From: Phoronis australis
Lineage: Eukaryota > Animalia > Phoronida
NCBI GenBank assembly: GCA_002633005.1
Contig: NMRA01000614.1
Coordinates: 76,974-140,973 of the forward strand
DNA length: 64,000 nucleotides
Direction: 5' to 3'
In this document: positions 1-12,385 of the stretch, piece by piece
How positions within the stretch are numbered: position 1 is the stretch's first letter
How the letters are laid out: each line of letters begins with the position of its first letter
The notes under the pieces: generated by a model
The model's database searches: none
Seen by the model: only the letters and a program-made list of their open reading frames with translations
What the model was told of the DNA's origin: nothing
Made by a program: the position numbers and the translations under genes

Positions 1-1320
1 CATATTAAGTCCATTCAAACAAAACGTACAACGTAATGTCTGTTCTATGCTCAGCCAGTGCGACAAAGCCTTGACTTTCAGTACCTCCTACAATTGCTGG
101 TGCAATAACATGCTACTTTTGACAGTTCTTTGTTCTCTAGCCACAGGTGAAGTGTTAGACAAGTTCTGTGCAATTGAAACCGTGCAACGGCTGATGTTGT
201 AGCCAATGAATAATGTTATGAACTATGAACGTACTTAGATGTTCTATTATTTTCTCCTCTGGAACGATAATTAGATGCTCCATGGACAGTAGAAATAAAA
301 TTATTTTCAATTAATGTTGCTGCAATTTCTGGTGTTTTTAGTGGGACAAATTTGCTGGAAGTGCAATTTATCATTCCATTTGTCCAAAGGTGTGTAGATT
401 GATTCTGTCTTTTTATTTCTAAACACAGTTATGTTGGTCAAGTGGAATGACCTCTTATTTCGTGCATTATGTAACTTTGTATCCTTCCATGAGTCCACAC
501 ATCATTGATGTTTCATTGTAGTCAGATGTAAAAGTGGAGGTCAGCTCAATAAAACAGAAGTTGATTGCAAACCACAGATTTGTGCAAATCCCTAAATTGC
601 TAAGTGCTTGTAGTTATAGTCAGTGAAAATGTGTAACATACCTTGAAAAAAAGCAAAATTATTTGGATCATGATGATGCTCGATAAAATAAAACTTTTTG
701 AATGCTGTTGTGACTGAATGTTTATTATGATGCATATTGCAAGCTATTACTGGGTGAACAATTAGGTCAATATATTTACCACCAGTCCTTGGAACATATG
801 TGTCTGTGACTTATCATCATCACATCTTTCCATGTAATGACTATGTAAATTATCAGATGACTGGAGTTAACAGCTTTTGAGATATTAGGATATAAAATGT
901 GTTTTAGGTTCAAAAAGATACCAAAATTTAGCAGTAGAAAGTTAATCTTCCCAATTTTAAAGTTTTATTTAAAAATTTGCTGTGAAGCACCTTGTAATTG
1001 GTTAGAATTTCTGTAAATAACAGTGTGATTACTAAGGCATAATTTTAATATAATTACTAAGTTGGTCAAGTCATTGCACTTGGCCATTTGAACCCTCAAA
1101 TGCATTGACTACATGTACTTTGGGCCAACTGGGTACATTTGGCCCCAGAATTCAAGAAAACCCTTGGCCAGAATTTTTGGGGGATTTTTGATCGGTAAAC
1201 AAGAAAGTTCAATGAAGGTTTTCAGAGAAATTCAGATTACATTTTCTTCCACCACTAACACCTGAGGATTTAGCTAACTGCACTTGCACTACTCGGCCAC
1301 TTACTAAACGGTGAATACGC

Positions 1321-1541
1321 CAGTGGCGGATCTAGGATACCACAAGGGGGGCCCAACATGACACCTCGGAGAAATGGGCAAAGCTCGATTGTATGCACAG
1401 GTGGCTCGAATGTTGTGGGGGTTGGCTATACGGACCTGGTGTTCCGGAATTCTACCGTTGGTCTCGATATTTTCTCACGCTTCATGCTGTTGCTGTGTAA
1501 TTTTTGCTTGCACCAGTCATGGCCGGGGGGGCCTTGGCCTG
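1321..1541 (+). mobile_element. hAT-type MITE with 5-bp TSD (hAT5-like); right TIR largely deleted
   Basis: Starts CAGTGGCGGATCTAGG...GGGGGGCCC, a typical hAT MITE terminus, and ends ...GGGGGGGCCTTGGCCTG. Identical 5-bp flank TACGC at 1316-1320 and 1542-1546. Confidence 0.6.
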
Positions 1542-2226
1542 TACGCAATCATCACGTAGTAACAATTAACAATCACCCGAAATACATTTTAGTTATAAAT
1601 CCTACGTACAGTCACGATGCATTGAAATGTTTTTAGCAAAACGTTATTGTTCATGTTTACTATAGATTATACACAACATAGTCTACGATGTTGACCGTAC
1701 GCCGATCGGTGAGCCAGACTATTTTCATTCCCTAAACGATAAGACATGAATAGAACGTTTTCCGTTTGAAATGCACATAAATGAAATCCTGGGCAAAAAG
1801 TATATTAGATCATACTTGGGAGAACATAGAAACCAAATAAATCGGTAACTTACTTCAGAAATGGGACTTCTTTGAGTCAATCGAGGTGTCGATGTGCTTT
1901 CGAAACCAGCCATCACTGTTTTGCTTTCGGCGACTTTTCACCTCTCTGAGGTCATCAGGCCATTTCCAAATAAGGCACCGCAATGCATTTTGGGACTGTA
2001 ATGTCAGACTTGACGAGCACGAAGGCGTGTCTTTTTAGTCAACTTTCAAACGTAAAGAAAAATACTCCAAACTCATCTAAAACTCACTATATTTACGAAA
2101 CCTACAAAAAAACTTGTACGCCACGATATGATACAGGTTTCATGCAAGATGAGTAACATTTATTTTCTTATTTTATACTATTTTTCACGTTCCAAGCCAC
2201 TTTAATTCTCACATTGGTGGTTTCAG

Positions 2227-2428
2227 CATGGAGTCTATGTAAAGCAGTCACCACTTAGTTATATCAGAGTCTACTATCAAGGTGACGTTCGAATAACTGT
2301 ATCTTGTTCAAGATGGTACTTAACATTTAACGGCAATGAGTGCTTCGAACCTGGACCCATTGAAGGCATTGTACATCAAGAAAATTTGCAAGACTACAAC
2401 AAAGATAACCGTCATCATCCTTTTATAA
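2227..2428 (+). CDS. CTHRC1: CTHRC1-like protein (collagen triple helix repeat-containing 1, C-terminal domain), penultimate coding exon
   Basis: Acceptor ...GGTTTCAG|, donor |GTAAGT, 202 nt (phase 0 to phase 1), no stop. Translates HGVYVKQSPLSYIRVYYQGDVRITVSCSRWYLTFNGNECFEPGPIEGIVHQENLQDYNKDNRHHPFI, resembling CTHRC1 [22 protein letters not shown]...[25 protein letters not shown]. Not in the ORF track. Upstream exons are probably outside the window. The symbol denotes the family, not proven orthology. Confidence 0.88.
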
Positions 2429-4665
2429 GTAAGTGGGCGTGAAACGAAAGGAGAACGCCACCGTTTTGCTGTCGTGTTTACTGAAACTGCAAATCCCTGG
2501 TTATCTTAGAAACTGGTTTAAAGTGCTTTAAACTTCCATTCACCTTGTTTTGACAAGTGACTCTATTGTCAGCATCACTAAACCTTCATTCATAGCATTG
2601 CATATCACAACTGTGAATTCAGTAACCCAAAAACGAAAAAAATAGAAAGAAAAACGGCTTCAGTTGAAAGTTTCTTATCTCCACGAACATGAGTGTGACG
2701 TGTGACATGTCCACCACAAACTGTTGGCGTATCCCCACATTTCTGATGTCCCACGAGAAAGTGAAAAGTGCCACAGTGGGGACAAATACTGTTAAACCAC
2801 TACAAATGCAATGCCTTGCCATTCTTTATTGTATCATAAACCACGTGAAAACGACGGAGAAGCAATATCTGACGACTTTTCCCACTAAGCACGGGAGATG
2901 ACTGATGCTGTTTTGTTTTCCCCATTCTGGGCAGTATGCATCGACCAATAAATGCTCGTAACTCGAGATCAGCTAATTAACATATCGTAAGATAGTGTTT
3001 GTGAGTGTGATAATTTGACAGATGGTCGATTGGTGGTGTTTTTATTTGGTGATTTTAAGCACTTTGAAGCAGCCTTGAACCTGTGCTTTTCTGTCAAAAA
3101 CGAGTTTTTATTCAGGCCACCTCCAGTTACAAAATATCAGTTATCAGCATAAATCAAAACTCGATTTTGACAGACAGATAGAACTGACTTAACGCCGTTT
3201 TAGGTTTTTGATTACGGCTCTTTTGACCCTTATTGACTGCAGTCAGACAACGATAGTGAAGTGACGTAATTGGCTTACCAGTGCTGAACCGTATAAATTC
3301 GTTTTCGTTCAACAGAATAGACGACTCTTGATAAATGCAATATCGTGTCCACCACCACCACTAACCCCACACAACTTAATATAATTAATATTCAAGAAAA
3401 AATTAGCGCAAAGCTTGTTTGTCAGGCCAGCTGCGTCACATAAGATTGTTGTAGCCATAGCTAAAGCAACAGGTGCTTGAAATGCAATTGGGTGTACTTA
3501 GATTTTTTTAACATGAAAATAAACTTCAAAAAGTACAGCAACGCTATCTTCATTATGAGGGTTTTAGGGGTTGTTGCAAAAGTTTCAGCAATACATGCTT
3601 TTTAAGAAGTCTCTGTCAACGACGGCGATGTTTGCTTACTTTAAACAATTAAGAGTAATTAAAAAATTAACGATGTTTTGATATGCCTAGCGTCGAGTAC
3701 GCAAGGGTCCATGGATACTACACTCTACTAGAAAAAATAAAGCCAATCGCCGTTGTACGCTTCAAGTAAACTTCCTAATTCCACTCCGTGTTATTGGACA
3801 ATTTTCGAGTCGAACCTCGAGTAATGCCAGTGGGATGAAAACGTTTAAATTGTCTGGCCATTCTCAGCTCAAAATTCAGTCTAAAAACTTATTCTTAGAG
3901 CGGTTTGGTTCATTGAAGGCGGACGCCAAAAAAAGCAAAAATGGCCACTAGGTGATACAAAGTACATCAAAACCATCCAAAAATGGGAGGATAGCGTCAT
4001 CTCACTATTGAAGGACTAATTGCCAAATTTTATGTCAGTCCGTTGAGGACCTCAGAAGATACAAAGGTAAACGTAAAAACTCAGACTGCCACTAGGAGGC
4101 ACACCGGTAGTCGGAGAGGTTCGAAATTCGTCGTCATCCACCGTCAGATGCTTGGGAACACATCTGCCAAATCTTATCAAGATCCTGTGGGGGGTTTAGG
4201 AGATACAGTTGCGGACGCCCAGACAGAGATGAAGGCAATGTGCACCCACATATAAATATGTGGGCGCATAAAATAAGCCTACATTTTCTGTTTCATCGGA
4301 TTTTTGTAGATATTATTTCATCATTCTTTAGAGTTAATCATAGTTAAACTTGTAGTAGTGTAACTTTACTGCTAAAAATTGGTCTTTCATTGAGCAAAAT
4401 ACGTGCTCAAAATTTATTCATCAATTTGAAAATACTGACAATTCCTTAGCGGAGACCATGCTGGGTGAACATGTCGTGACAAAACAATCTGTAGAGACTG
4501 GTGTTAATTAATTGTTAACGAGTGCCAATGGAGCTGTTCGGAGAATTCTCCTCGCGGTGTCGCTGCTGTACTAGTGGTGATTGAATTGCGCATGCGTGGC
4601 TGTCTGCATGTAAACAACTGGTAAAAGACGGAATTGTTATCAAAATACGTCGTCGCGCTAAGCCT

Positions 4666-5570
4666 CATTACTGCTAATGTCCCTGGTGCAAGTCTTCGAC
4701 AGGTGGCCACAAATTCCCAAAAGACCTAAGGTTACTATATTCGTGGACAATTGCGGTCAAGAGGGTCAACTAACTGACAAAATGTGTGTGAATGCTGAAG
4801 CCCCTTGTGTGCTCTATGACTATGCAGTTCAATTCGGAGACTACACAACATTACTTAGTAAGTTTTTAGCAATCAGTTTCTATCAACATCGTTCGGTGAT
4901 GTTATCCCCACCAGTTACCCCACTGAATAACAGGTTTATTGAGTGGAACTAAGTGTTTCTTTTAGGAAACTCACCCGGAACTCGGATGCCGGGTAGGCTA
5001 ACAGCACATATTCATATTGTCCTGGGTGGGAATTCTCCCAAAATAAGATGTATATGGTACGTGATGCACAGAAGTCAAGGGTGACTTTTTCACAGCAGTT
5101 TCTCTTCAAAACTATTCTGTTTCCAATATATTTCTCTAGATGAGTGAGTTTCCTTATTTTATCGCAGACCCCACCCCCAGGACTACAAGATCAGTTATCG
5201 AATTAACATGAATAAGCCTTAATTCAGTAAATGTCGTAACATTGCATAGGAAAAAATTTGACTCCTAAAATGAATTTTACTTGTTGAGATCAGAAGCACA
5301 TTTTAAGTGTCATGAAAAATACACATTGTTAAATCACTTTTAGCCTGTTACACATATTTAATTCAGATATTAAATAAAACTTGGGTACAGAAGTTATTAG
5401 TTTCTACACATAAACATGAAGATGAAACGTCAAGTATGTTCTGCCTTACAAAAGTAGTTTTGTCTTGTCTTTTACAATTTGCTAATATTTCTCGGACTAT
5501 TCTGTTACAGGTGAGAGAAAACAACTGAAACCAACCGCCCGACCATCTATTTTACCTTTGGTCAAAGTGA
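4666..5570 (+). pseudogene. THAP-domain N-terminus of the ISL2EU transposase (two exon remnants, 4666-4857 and 5511-~5570)
   Basis: HYC*CPWCKSSTGGHKFPKDLRLLYSWTIAVKR...LVCS...GDYTTLL, then donor GTAAGT at 4858. Acceptor TTCTGTTACAG| at 5510 is followed by ERKQLKPTARPSI (AVPTIF-like box). Contains stops and frameshifts. Confidence 0.7.
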
Positions 5571-5997
5571 AAAGCAACCCTTCACCAATAACCTGGGAGA
5601 ATTGAACGTAATTCAGAAATTCAGCTTTTGATATGCTTGATTATGGACTCCGTCGCAATGTTGTTTCTTTCTGTGCTTTTTCAGTTTGCCATTTGTTTTT
5701 AAATACACTGATAATTGTTTATTCTCGAATTTTGTGCACAGCAGATGCTTATCCAGCTAGCTACAATTGAAAACATACAATAAGACAATCGATGCAGTCA
5801 CTGAATGTCATTTCCCCATAATGTGTGCCAAATTGAAAAGTTTTTACCAATAGTATAAAGCCTTTCTTCTTAAATGAAAATTTAATGTCACTCAGGTCTT
5901 GGCTTTCATTTCACTGGGATCTAGTTTCAATGGCCTATAGAAGCGCTTGTAAAAAAGGTCCAGTTTCTACACGTGGCTTTCTTCCTTGTAACCTCAT

Positions 5998-6429
5998 TCA
6001 GCCTCAATAATATCCACAATTAGACCCTTGAAGGTAAACACAGCAGCATATCACTTGAATCGTTTTGAGCCCAAAATCAGACCCTGAACTAGACCAGCGT
6101 GTCACTAGGTCTTCTTTAGCTTCAGTCCCTCATGTTTCTTTCAGGAAAGGAAATATTGTTCACACATGACTCATTGCCTATGAAAGGGCATCCTCACCAA
6201 CAAGGCTTACTTGTGTGGCAGTCAGATACAGTTCGTCTGAATACACAAACAGTCCACTGGCACATTGTCTTATGGTAACTTAGTACTGCGATTCACATTT
6301 CTCCAGGGCCACTGACTTGTACATTGTGCCATGCAACACTGCTGGTGTGTGGAAGTGCTGTGGGAAGAGAACCGAGTAACAAAGCTTGTCTATGACACAG
6401 CTTGAAGTGGCCTGAAAATGTCACTGAAC
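5998..6429 (-). pseudogene. YqaJ-like (lambda-exonuclease family) domain remnant of ISL2EU ORF2
   Basis: Minus strand reads DKLCYSVLFPQHFHTPAVLHGTMYKSVALEKCESQY*VTIRQCASGLFVYSDELYLTATQVSLVGEDAL and then FPFLKE...LKLKKT**HAGLVQGLILGSKRFK*YAAVFTFKGLIVDIIE. These match the YqaJ motifs HG..E, GL.V, LAATPDG and YY.QVQGQ. Multiple stops. Confidence 0.8.
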
Positions 6430-7339
6430 TGGAACAAATATTGAAATATGAATAATTAAGTACTCCAGATTGGGTCAAAAATGTTATCCGTTTTTCAAAA
6501 ATCCATGGTGACTGCTCTACAGTTTCACATAAAATTAAATAATGACCATTTTCAGAAACCGAGGGTGTATATAATAAGTATTGCATAAAACTGTCTTTAT
6601 TTTTTATTCCTAGTCATAACGATTCTTTAAACGCATCACTTGTCTGCAAAATATACAAGTTTTTTGAGACAACTTCAAACCTTTGTTACCCATTTTCAAG
6701 CCTTTTTAATTTGATACTTTTAGAAATTTTAAACTTCGATTACAGGTTCATGGGTCTGTCAAGCATACTTCTAGTCTAAGGCTGAGGGAACCGTTTCTCA
6801 GTCTTTTAATTTTTCTTCTAATAGAAGATATGAAGACTTGGGTCATTTAAAAATGATGGATAGTCTTTCTGTTGTTTAAGAGTAATTACAAATGGTACGG
6901 CACCATCAAAAATGCAATTTTCACAAAATGGCAGTCATTTGAATTTATAACCACTTGCATTATTTCAAGGCATGAGTTAAGACTATTCAGTCACTGTGAA
7001 TTCAGAAAATGTAATATATTTTTTCATGGGTTTACAATTGATACAAGTAGCAAAACAGTTTCTTGAAATCAACTTGAAGGGGCTTCATGAAGGTTAAGAA
7101 TTACCTCACCATGCTCTTTTCCCCAAACATGTATTACCTGTTATTTCCACACGTTCAGTTGTACCAAATATTACAACCCCAACCCCCCATGCCAATCCCC
7201 CGCTAAGGACCTGAACAACAAACAAAGATTAACCCGACTGGCGACTGCCGCGAAGTCGACATCGGCGAGTACCTCAGTTAATTAACAGGCATCGGTAGAA
7301 TAATCATGGAATAATCGTTAAAATAATCACAAACCTTAC

Positions 7340-7440
7340 CTTTGTATAAGGTCGTGCTTACTTCCTCTCATAGAAGCACCCTTTTCACGCAATCTCAGAT
7401 TCAGTTGACACGGTTGCAAGCCATTTCACCATGTATTCAA
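7340..7440 (-). pseudogene. SAP-domain first exon remnant of the YqaJ-containing ORF2
   Basis: Minus strand reads ...LREKGASMRGSKHDLIQR followed by donor |GTAAGG, matching the SAP motif L..RG..G.K.DLI.R. Lies just inside the right TIR. Confidence 0.6.
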
Positions 7441-7539
7441 AGGGCTCGCGAAATCGAAGCTGTTAATCTATCACCACTAGTACACGCGCGCCCTCTAGTT
7501 ATTGTAGATTTTCCGAATAGCCCCATTGCTCTGTAAGCC

Positions 7540-8040
7540 CAGGAACCTGTGTTGACTAAATTAATGCTTTGTTGGACGTTATTTACACAGTCGTGTTCTT
7601 AGCCAAATATCTACGAAAGAGATTTTAACTGAGTAAAATTCTACTTTGATTATTTACATTTTATTATTGTGCTTTAATTTGGTCACGTGACCATATCTTT
7701 TTGGGGAAATGTTGCAAAAACGAAAGGACTACATTAATATCAAAATAACAGTTTCAATAACATCATGGTTCAAGATGAGATCTCAAAAACGCTGTTACAG
7801 CTTTCTGAAATATTTTTGCAACGTCCGAGGTTTTTCTTGAAAATCGTTATTGTCCTATTTTTAATAGACGATCATACGAAAACATTTCAAACACAATCCT
7901 TAATTGCTCTGTAGAACAGTGCGTGAAGCAGAGTATCAGAAAGTTCCTATGTGGCCCATCAGCCATTTCTAAGATACATGTATAGCGTTCTGAATATAGC
8001 CATATTTGGACATTTCGCTGGTGTCATACATAACATTTAG
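7540..8040 (+). mobile_element. Kolobok-type MITE family A, degenerate copy
   Basis: Shares GGTCACGTGACCAT...GTTTCAATAAC...GAGATCTCAAAAACGCTGTTAC...CAGCCATTTCT(A/G)AGATA with the copies at 33870, 35259, 36620 and 44498. Ends approximate. Confidence 0.65.
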
Positions 8041-8370
8041 TACGTTTAAAGATTTTATAGTATCTTTGGTACGTTTGAGACCAGTTTCGTGACAGTAAGC
8101 TGACTCAGCCAGAAGTAAGGTGGTTTTACAACCGCTTAACAGATGTTAAAATGGAGAATGAGATTTAAGCGATTCGTTCGACAGCAGGATCGAAGAACCC
8201 GAGCTGTTCTTCCGAAGCTTTTACTTGGTCCGTGATTCGTGATTTTAGAACTGGTGTTGGTTGGTGGTCATTTTATTCCCAAGCGGCGTATCATACTCCG
8301 TCTATGGAAATTTTATTTTCTGTGCTAGTTGAATCGTTCTTCCACTTTGTTGTTCTTTTTTGTTTTACAG

Positions 8371-8534
8371 TAGACGGATTTTGCAAACTGCCGGCCGCGT
8401 CTTATACAATACGCCTAAACGTGCAGAACTGTGCAGGTTTCAGTGGCAGAACACACGCATTCACGTGTTGGAATGTTCCGTGTCGTCTGATTGCGCAGGA
8501 AGTGTATTTAGAGGACATGGTCACTGTGGGATAG
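8371..8534 (+). CDS. CTHRC1: CTHRC1-like protein, terminal coding exon
   Basis: Strong acceptor TTCTTTTTTGTTTTACAG|. Phase 1 joins the 2227-2428 exon in frame (A|TA). Translates (I)DGFCKLPAASYTIRLNVQNCAGFSGRTHAFTCWNVPCRLIAQEVYLEDMVTVG*, resembling CTHRC1 [45 protein letters not shown]. Confidence 0.88.
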
Positions 8535-8699
8535 TGCCAGTAAGAGCTATATATCAGTGACTGGCCGACTGTGGCAAGTCAAGTCGGATTCTAATCGTAC
8601 ACAGCATCACAAATTGACAAACGTCTACCTTGCGGAATGAAGGTTCTGTGTCTTTCTCAAGTGACGTTTTGTGTTTTTGCGTTTAAGTCAGCATTCTCT

Positions 8700-9870
8700 T
8701 TGGCTTTGCTTGGCTTCAAGTTGGACAACACTCCTAACGAGGTGAATTAGGACATTTCCTGTAATACCCACCTTCAGAAGACAACGTCAATCCAGGAAAT
8801 TTTATTGTCGTTGAGTATGCCTATGATGAAGCATATACAGCATCAGAAAGTTAAAAATGTCATGTATTCTTCTGTGTAATTTATCGAATTCATTAGATGG
8901 AATGCGTTAAAAGGATATTAAACCCTGTTTTGTGATAAGGAAAAAATATGTGCATTCAAATCTTATTCAGTTATTGGTTATGACCGTCAATGTAGAATCC
9001 ATGTCCTTGTCCATACAATTAGTAGATGTAGATGGAAAAATTCCAGAAGAGTTGCTTGAAATTTGTTTTTGTAATCATTATGTTGCGCGGATAACGGGCA
9101 AACGCCTAGCTGAATGCGTTGTGGGCACCTCGAAAAGGCTCGGTATCGACATAGCCAACTGTGGAGGGAAGGGATAAGATGGCGTAACAAATATGAGTGG
9201 AGACAGCGTTGGCGTGCAAGTAACCCAATGCTATCTTTTAGCCTCTCACACATTGTTGACAACTGTGGTGATAGCATGCTCAGGCTCTATACTGGAAATG
9301 AGAAACACCTTGCTGACAAAGTTAACTCTATTGCTTACTTTCTGATGAGCAGTCCAATTCACAGAGAGAACAATTCTTAAATGAAGTACATAAAAACAAA
9401 TATCCAGAATCTGTAGAAAAAAAACTCACTGATGTGTCCCATAGTTGTTAGGCGGCAGGGCACGATGTTTACACATTCATGCGAGCAGGCTTGAGAGGCG
9501 TCTCAGACAAATTGTCATATTGGCGTTGATACAACTGCTCATGTCCAGAACAACAAAGAGTTAGTTACCGACAACGTTTTGAGAAGATGTTTAATCCCAG
9601 GAAGATAAAATTTTGAAGCGTTCTAACCTGGTGTGTATCTCATCGTTTCAATGCGCAACTTTGTATTGAAAATGCAACTTACAACATCTACATTGGGTTA
9701 AGTGTACTTAGTGAGTTTGAATTTCTTGACAGTAATGTATTGAAAACTTATTGCGTCACCCAATGTTAAGTTCCTTAGGGGTGCTCCCGAAAAAGGTACA
9801 GAGTCGATGCCAATTTTTGTGAAGTATCATGAAAAGGTCCATTGATTTAGAAATTCGAACCACCGCTTGC
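8700..9870 (+). pseudogene. hAT transposase relic (PRKRIR/THAP12- or ZMYM1-like)
   Basis: Collinear degenerate motifs: NPGNFI (8789), MSLSIQLVDVDGKIPEELLE (9001), ITGKRLAECVVG, LGIDIANCGGKG*DGVTNMSGDSVGVQ (cf. CRGQGYDGASNMSG..GVQ), and LTDVSHSC*AAGHD (cf. L..C.TRW..RHD). Many stops and frameshifts. Ends approximate. Confidence 0.85.
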
Positions 9871-12385
9871 CTAATCCTGTTTACGGGCCGGTAAGATGAG
9901 ATCTAAATTCACCATGAGATGTACGTTTATTTCGTCAATCTTTGACGAAGTTGCAGTCTGTTTTGGAAATTAATACATTTGCTTAAAAATCGCACGAATA
10001 CGTTACGATCTGCGACTTCCTTCTTCAGTCTTTGAGAGGTTGGCAGTACATGTATGTTTGGGAGTAGGCGCCGAACCTCGTTTATGTATTGAAAGTAAAG
10101 TGGAACGCTATCGTTCACTGCTTCTTACACAAACTCTTGCCGAGGAAAGTTACCTGCTCTCATTCTCGCGAAGAAGGTCTATCACCGGATGTGGCCGCAT
10201 CATTCCGCATTGTTAAATGCAAAATCATCGCTTAAGTTTTGATCGCACCCCTCTTGTAGCACACTTTAACCGTGTCCATCGTTCCCAAAGTTCCGTATTA
10301 ATATCATAATTTCACTGCAAGTGGACGCTTCGCCAATTTGATGTACTAGTTCCAACTGGAATTCGGAGAGAAGTGTTTTAAATGTAAATATATATAAATT
10401 TCAGATTGTAAGAAGTTAATAATAGCGTTTACTAAAATTCAATGTCCACGTGAGTTTCCATGGAAACTTTGATCCATCAAGTTCGCTCCCTTCCCAGTGC
10501 AGAAGATGATTCCCATCATGACGGAAGCTTTCACTTCGTGTTCATAAAATTTCAAGAAATTTACAAAATTTTGTTCAAGCCCATCTTCGAGGATACATTT
10601 CACTGGTAAATTTCTCCAAACATAAACCGTTCTCTTTGTTACGGTTGACATGAATCCTACCTCTATCGTTTATATAATTAGGTTCCGGACTCGGTACTTG
10701 AATCAAGGTAAGCCAGCAAACGCTAAGGGGCAATGTCCGTATTACCTTAGTTCATCTAAAGGCATTGTCAACTGCCTCGCTGCTCCCCCGCGTGCCGAGT
10801 CAGCATGCAGGTGTCACGCAGTAGCACATGCTTTATCATTGGTTGATGTAATCTCGGCAGTCATTGGTTAGATTTACAACAAAGAGAGAAAATGGCAAAC
10901 AAAAGGGGTTTAACCTTGTCAAGTGTCGTAGCAGCAACTATTTCGTTTCCGCAGTAATGTTTAATAGCCGCGTGCTTCAAGCACTCACATGTACAATAAA
11001 CTGACGCCGTCATCTGGCAGGTTTGACTAGCGTGTCATATCTACTGTGTGAATAGGCCTACAGGGCAGCAACGTAAACAAAAGTCAGCGACAGTTGAAAG
11101 ATGTACTCCGAAAAGGCGCAACCTCAATTTATGAGATTCACATTTCTTGAACATAAATTTTAGCACCGATTTGTCTGTACAACTGACCACATTTATACTT
11201 CCTCCATCAGTCGTGCCAGTTTGTTTGCGTAAAGCGCTGCCTGTTGAGCATTCGACCAGCCAATCAGAAACGCCGGTGTAAAATGTTTCCCGAGGAAAAT
11301 TAAAGTAGAATGCCACCCAAAAACCAGCCTATTATGTATCAATTTAGATCGAGTAGTTCTACTCGATAACGGAACGTTCGGTTGCATTACCTGACACCTG
11401 ACGGCAGACGGAGGTGTTGAAATTATCCAATGACGTAATTGGTTTCACACGCAGTCTGTTCAGCAGTTCACAACACGAGTTAGTGGTGTCAGCTTATCGC
11501 TTGAATTCATCGTTTAACACCAATAAATCCTCAAACTTCGATGTAAAACCCTTAAAAATTCACCGAGTTCTTATAAAAACGTGTTGTTTTATTTCGCTGT
11601 TACGGATTTATTGGTATTTGGACACACCGTAGCCTACAAAGTTTGGCAGGCCAATTTAACAAGGTCCGTAATAAGAGTTTGGGGTCTGATCGAAGATAAA
11701 TTCGAAGTATTTTTCCGTGAAATACAGACAGGAGAACTTAGATCTGTTTCGTTTAGACTTGTGATTTTTTAAGTTCTAAACACACAAAACGCTTGTTGTC
11801 CCAGCCAGTTGTTCGGAACCCGATCAGGCCCGTCGCGACCGCCGGGACTGGCACGAACATAAACCAGCTTGAGTTGGAAACTAAACCTCCAGTCACGAAA
11901 AGACTATAATAGTGAGCCAAAGAAATAATGTGCACGTAATTGTTTATGTGAATTAGCCACGAAACTGAAAATCTACTTACTTGTCGGGGGCCGCGAAGTC
12001 GGGTTCCCCTTCCACAGACCGTCAGGGCAAAGGTTGTACAGTAACAATGATATGAATAATGTATTTGTATTTCTAAATAAAGATTCCCCTAACATGTGAC
12101 CATAGCATATAAAATCGTGTAATTGTTTCACAACAGCTTTCTGTCGGCAAACACTGAATTAGCATGTGCTCACACGGCCTCGGTGCCCAGTCAATTAGCT
12201 TTATTGCCAGCATCAAAAGCCGGTAACGCAGTGGTTCATTCATTAATGGCTTCTCAAACTGCACTCACGAATACTGCAAAGGCATTACAAATTGTATCTA
12301 ATGAGAAAGACTTTGTTTTATATAAGCATTGGTTAGGATGAGAATAATTCATTTTGAAACAGAACGCAGAATGATAAACGTCTAC

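Larger units (their letters stand above)
4530..7524. mobile_element. ISL2EU-type (PIF/Harbinger-related) DNA transposon, internally deleted and decayed, inside the CTHRC1-like intron
   Basis: Left terminus GGAGCTGTTCGGAGAAT matches the right-end reverse complement GGGGCTATTCGGAAAAT. Both ends share subterminal TGTACTAGTGGTGAT (4567-4581; inverted at 7470-7484). AT dinucleotide flanks both sides. Contains convergent THAP and SAP/YqaJ gene remnants. Confidence 0.8.

Noticed and set aside
1-1257. Possible decayed minus-strand coding sequence and an Academ-like terminus (...TTTTCTTCCACCACTA)
   Set aside because: No recognisable protein motif and no partner TIR in the window.
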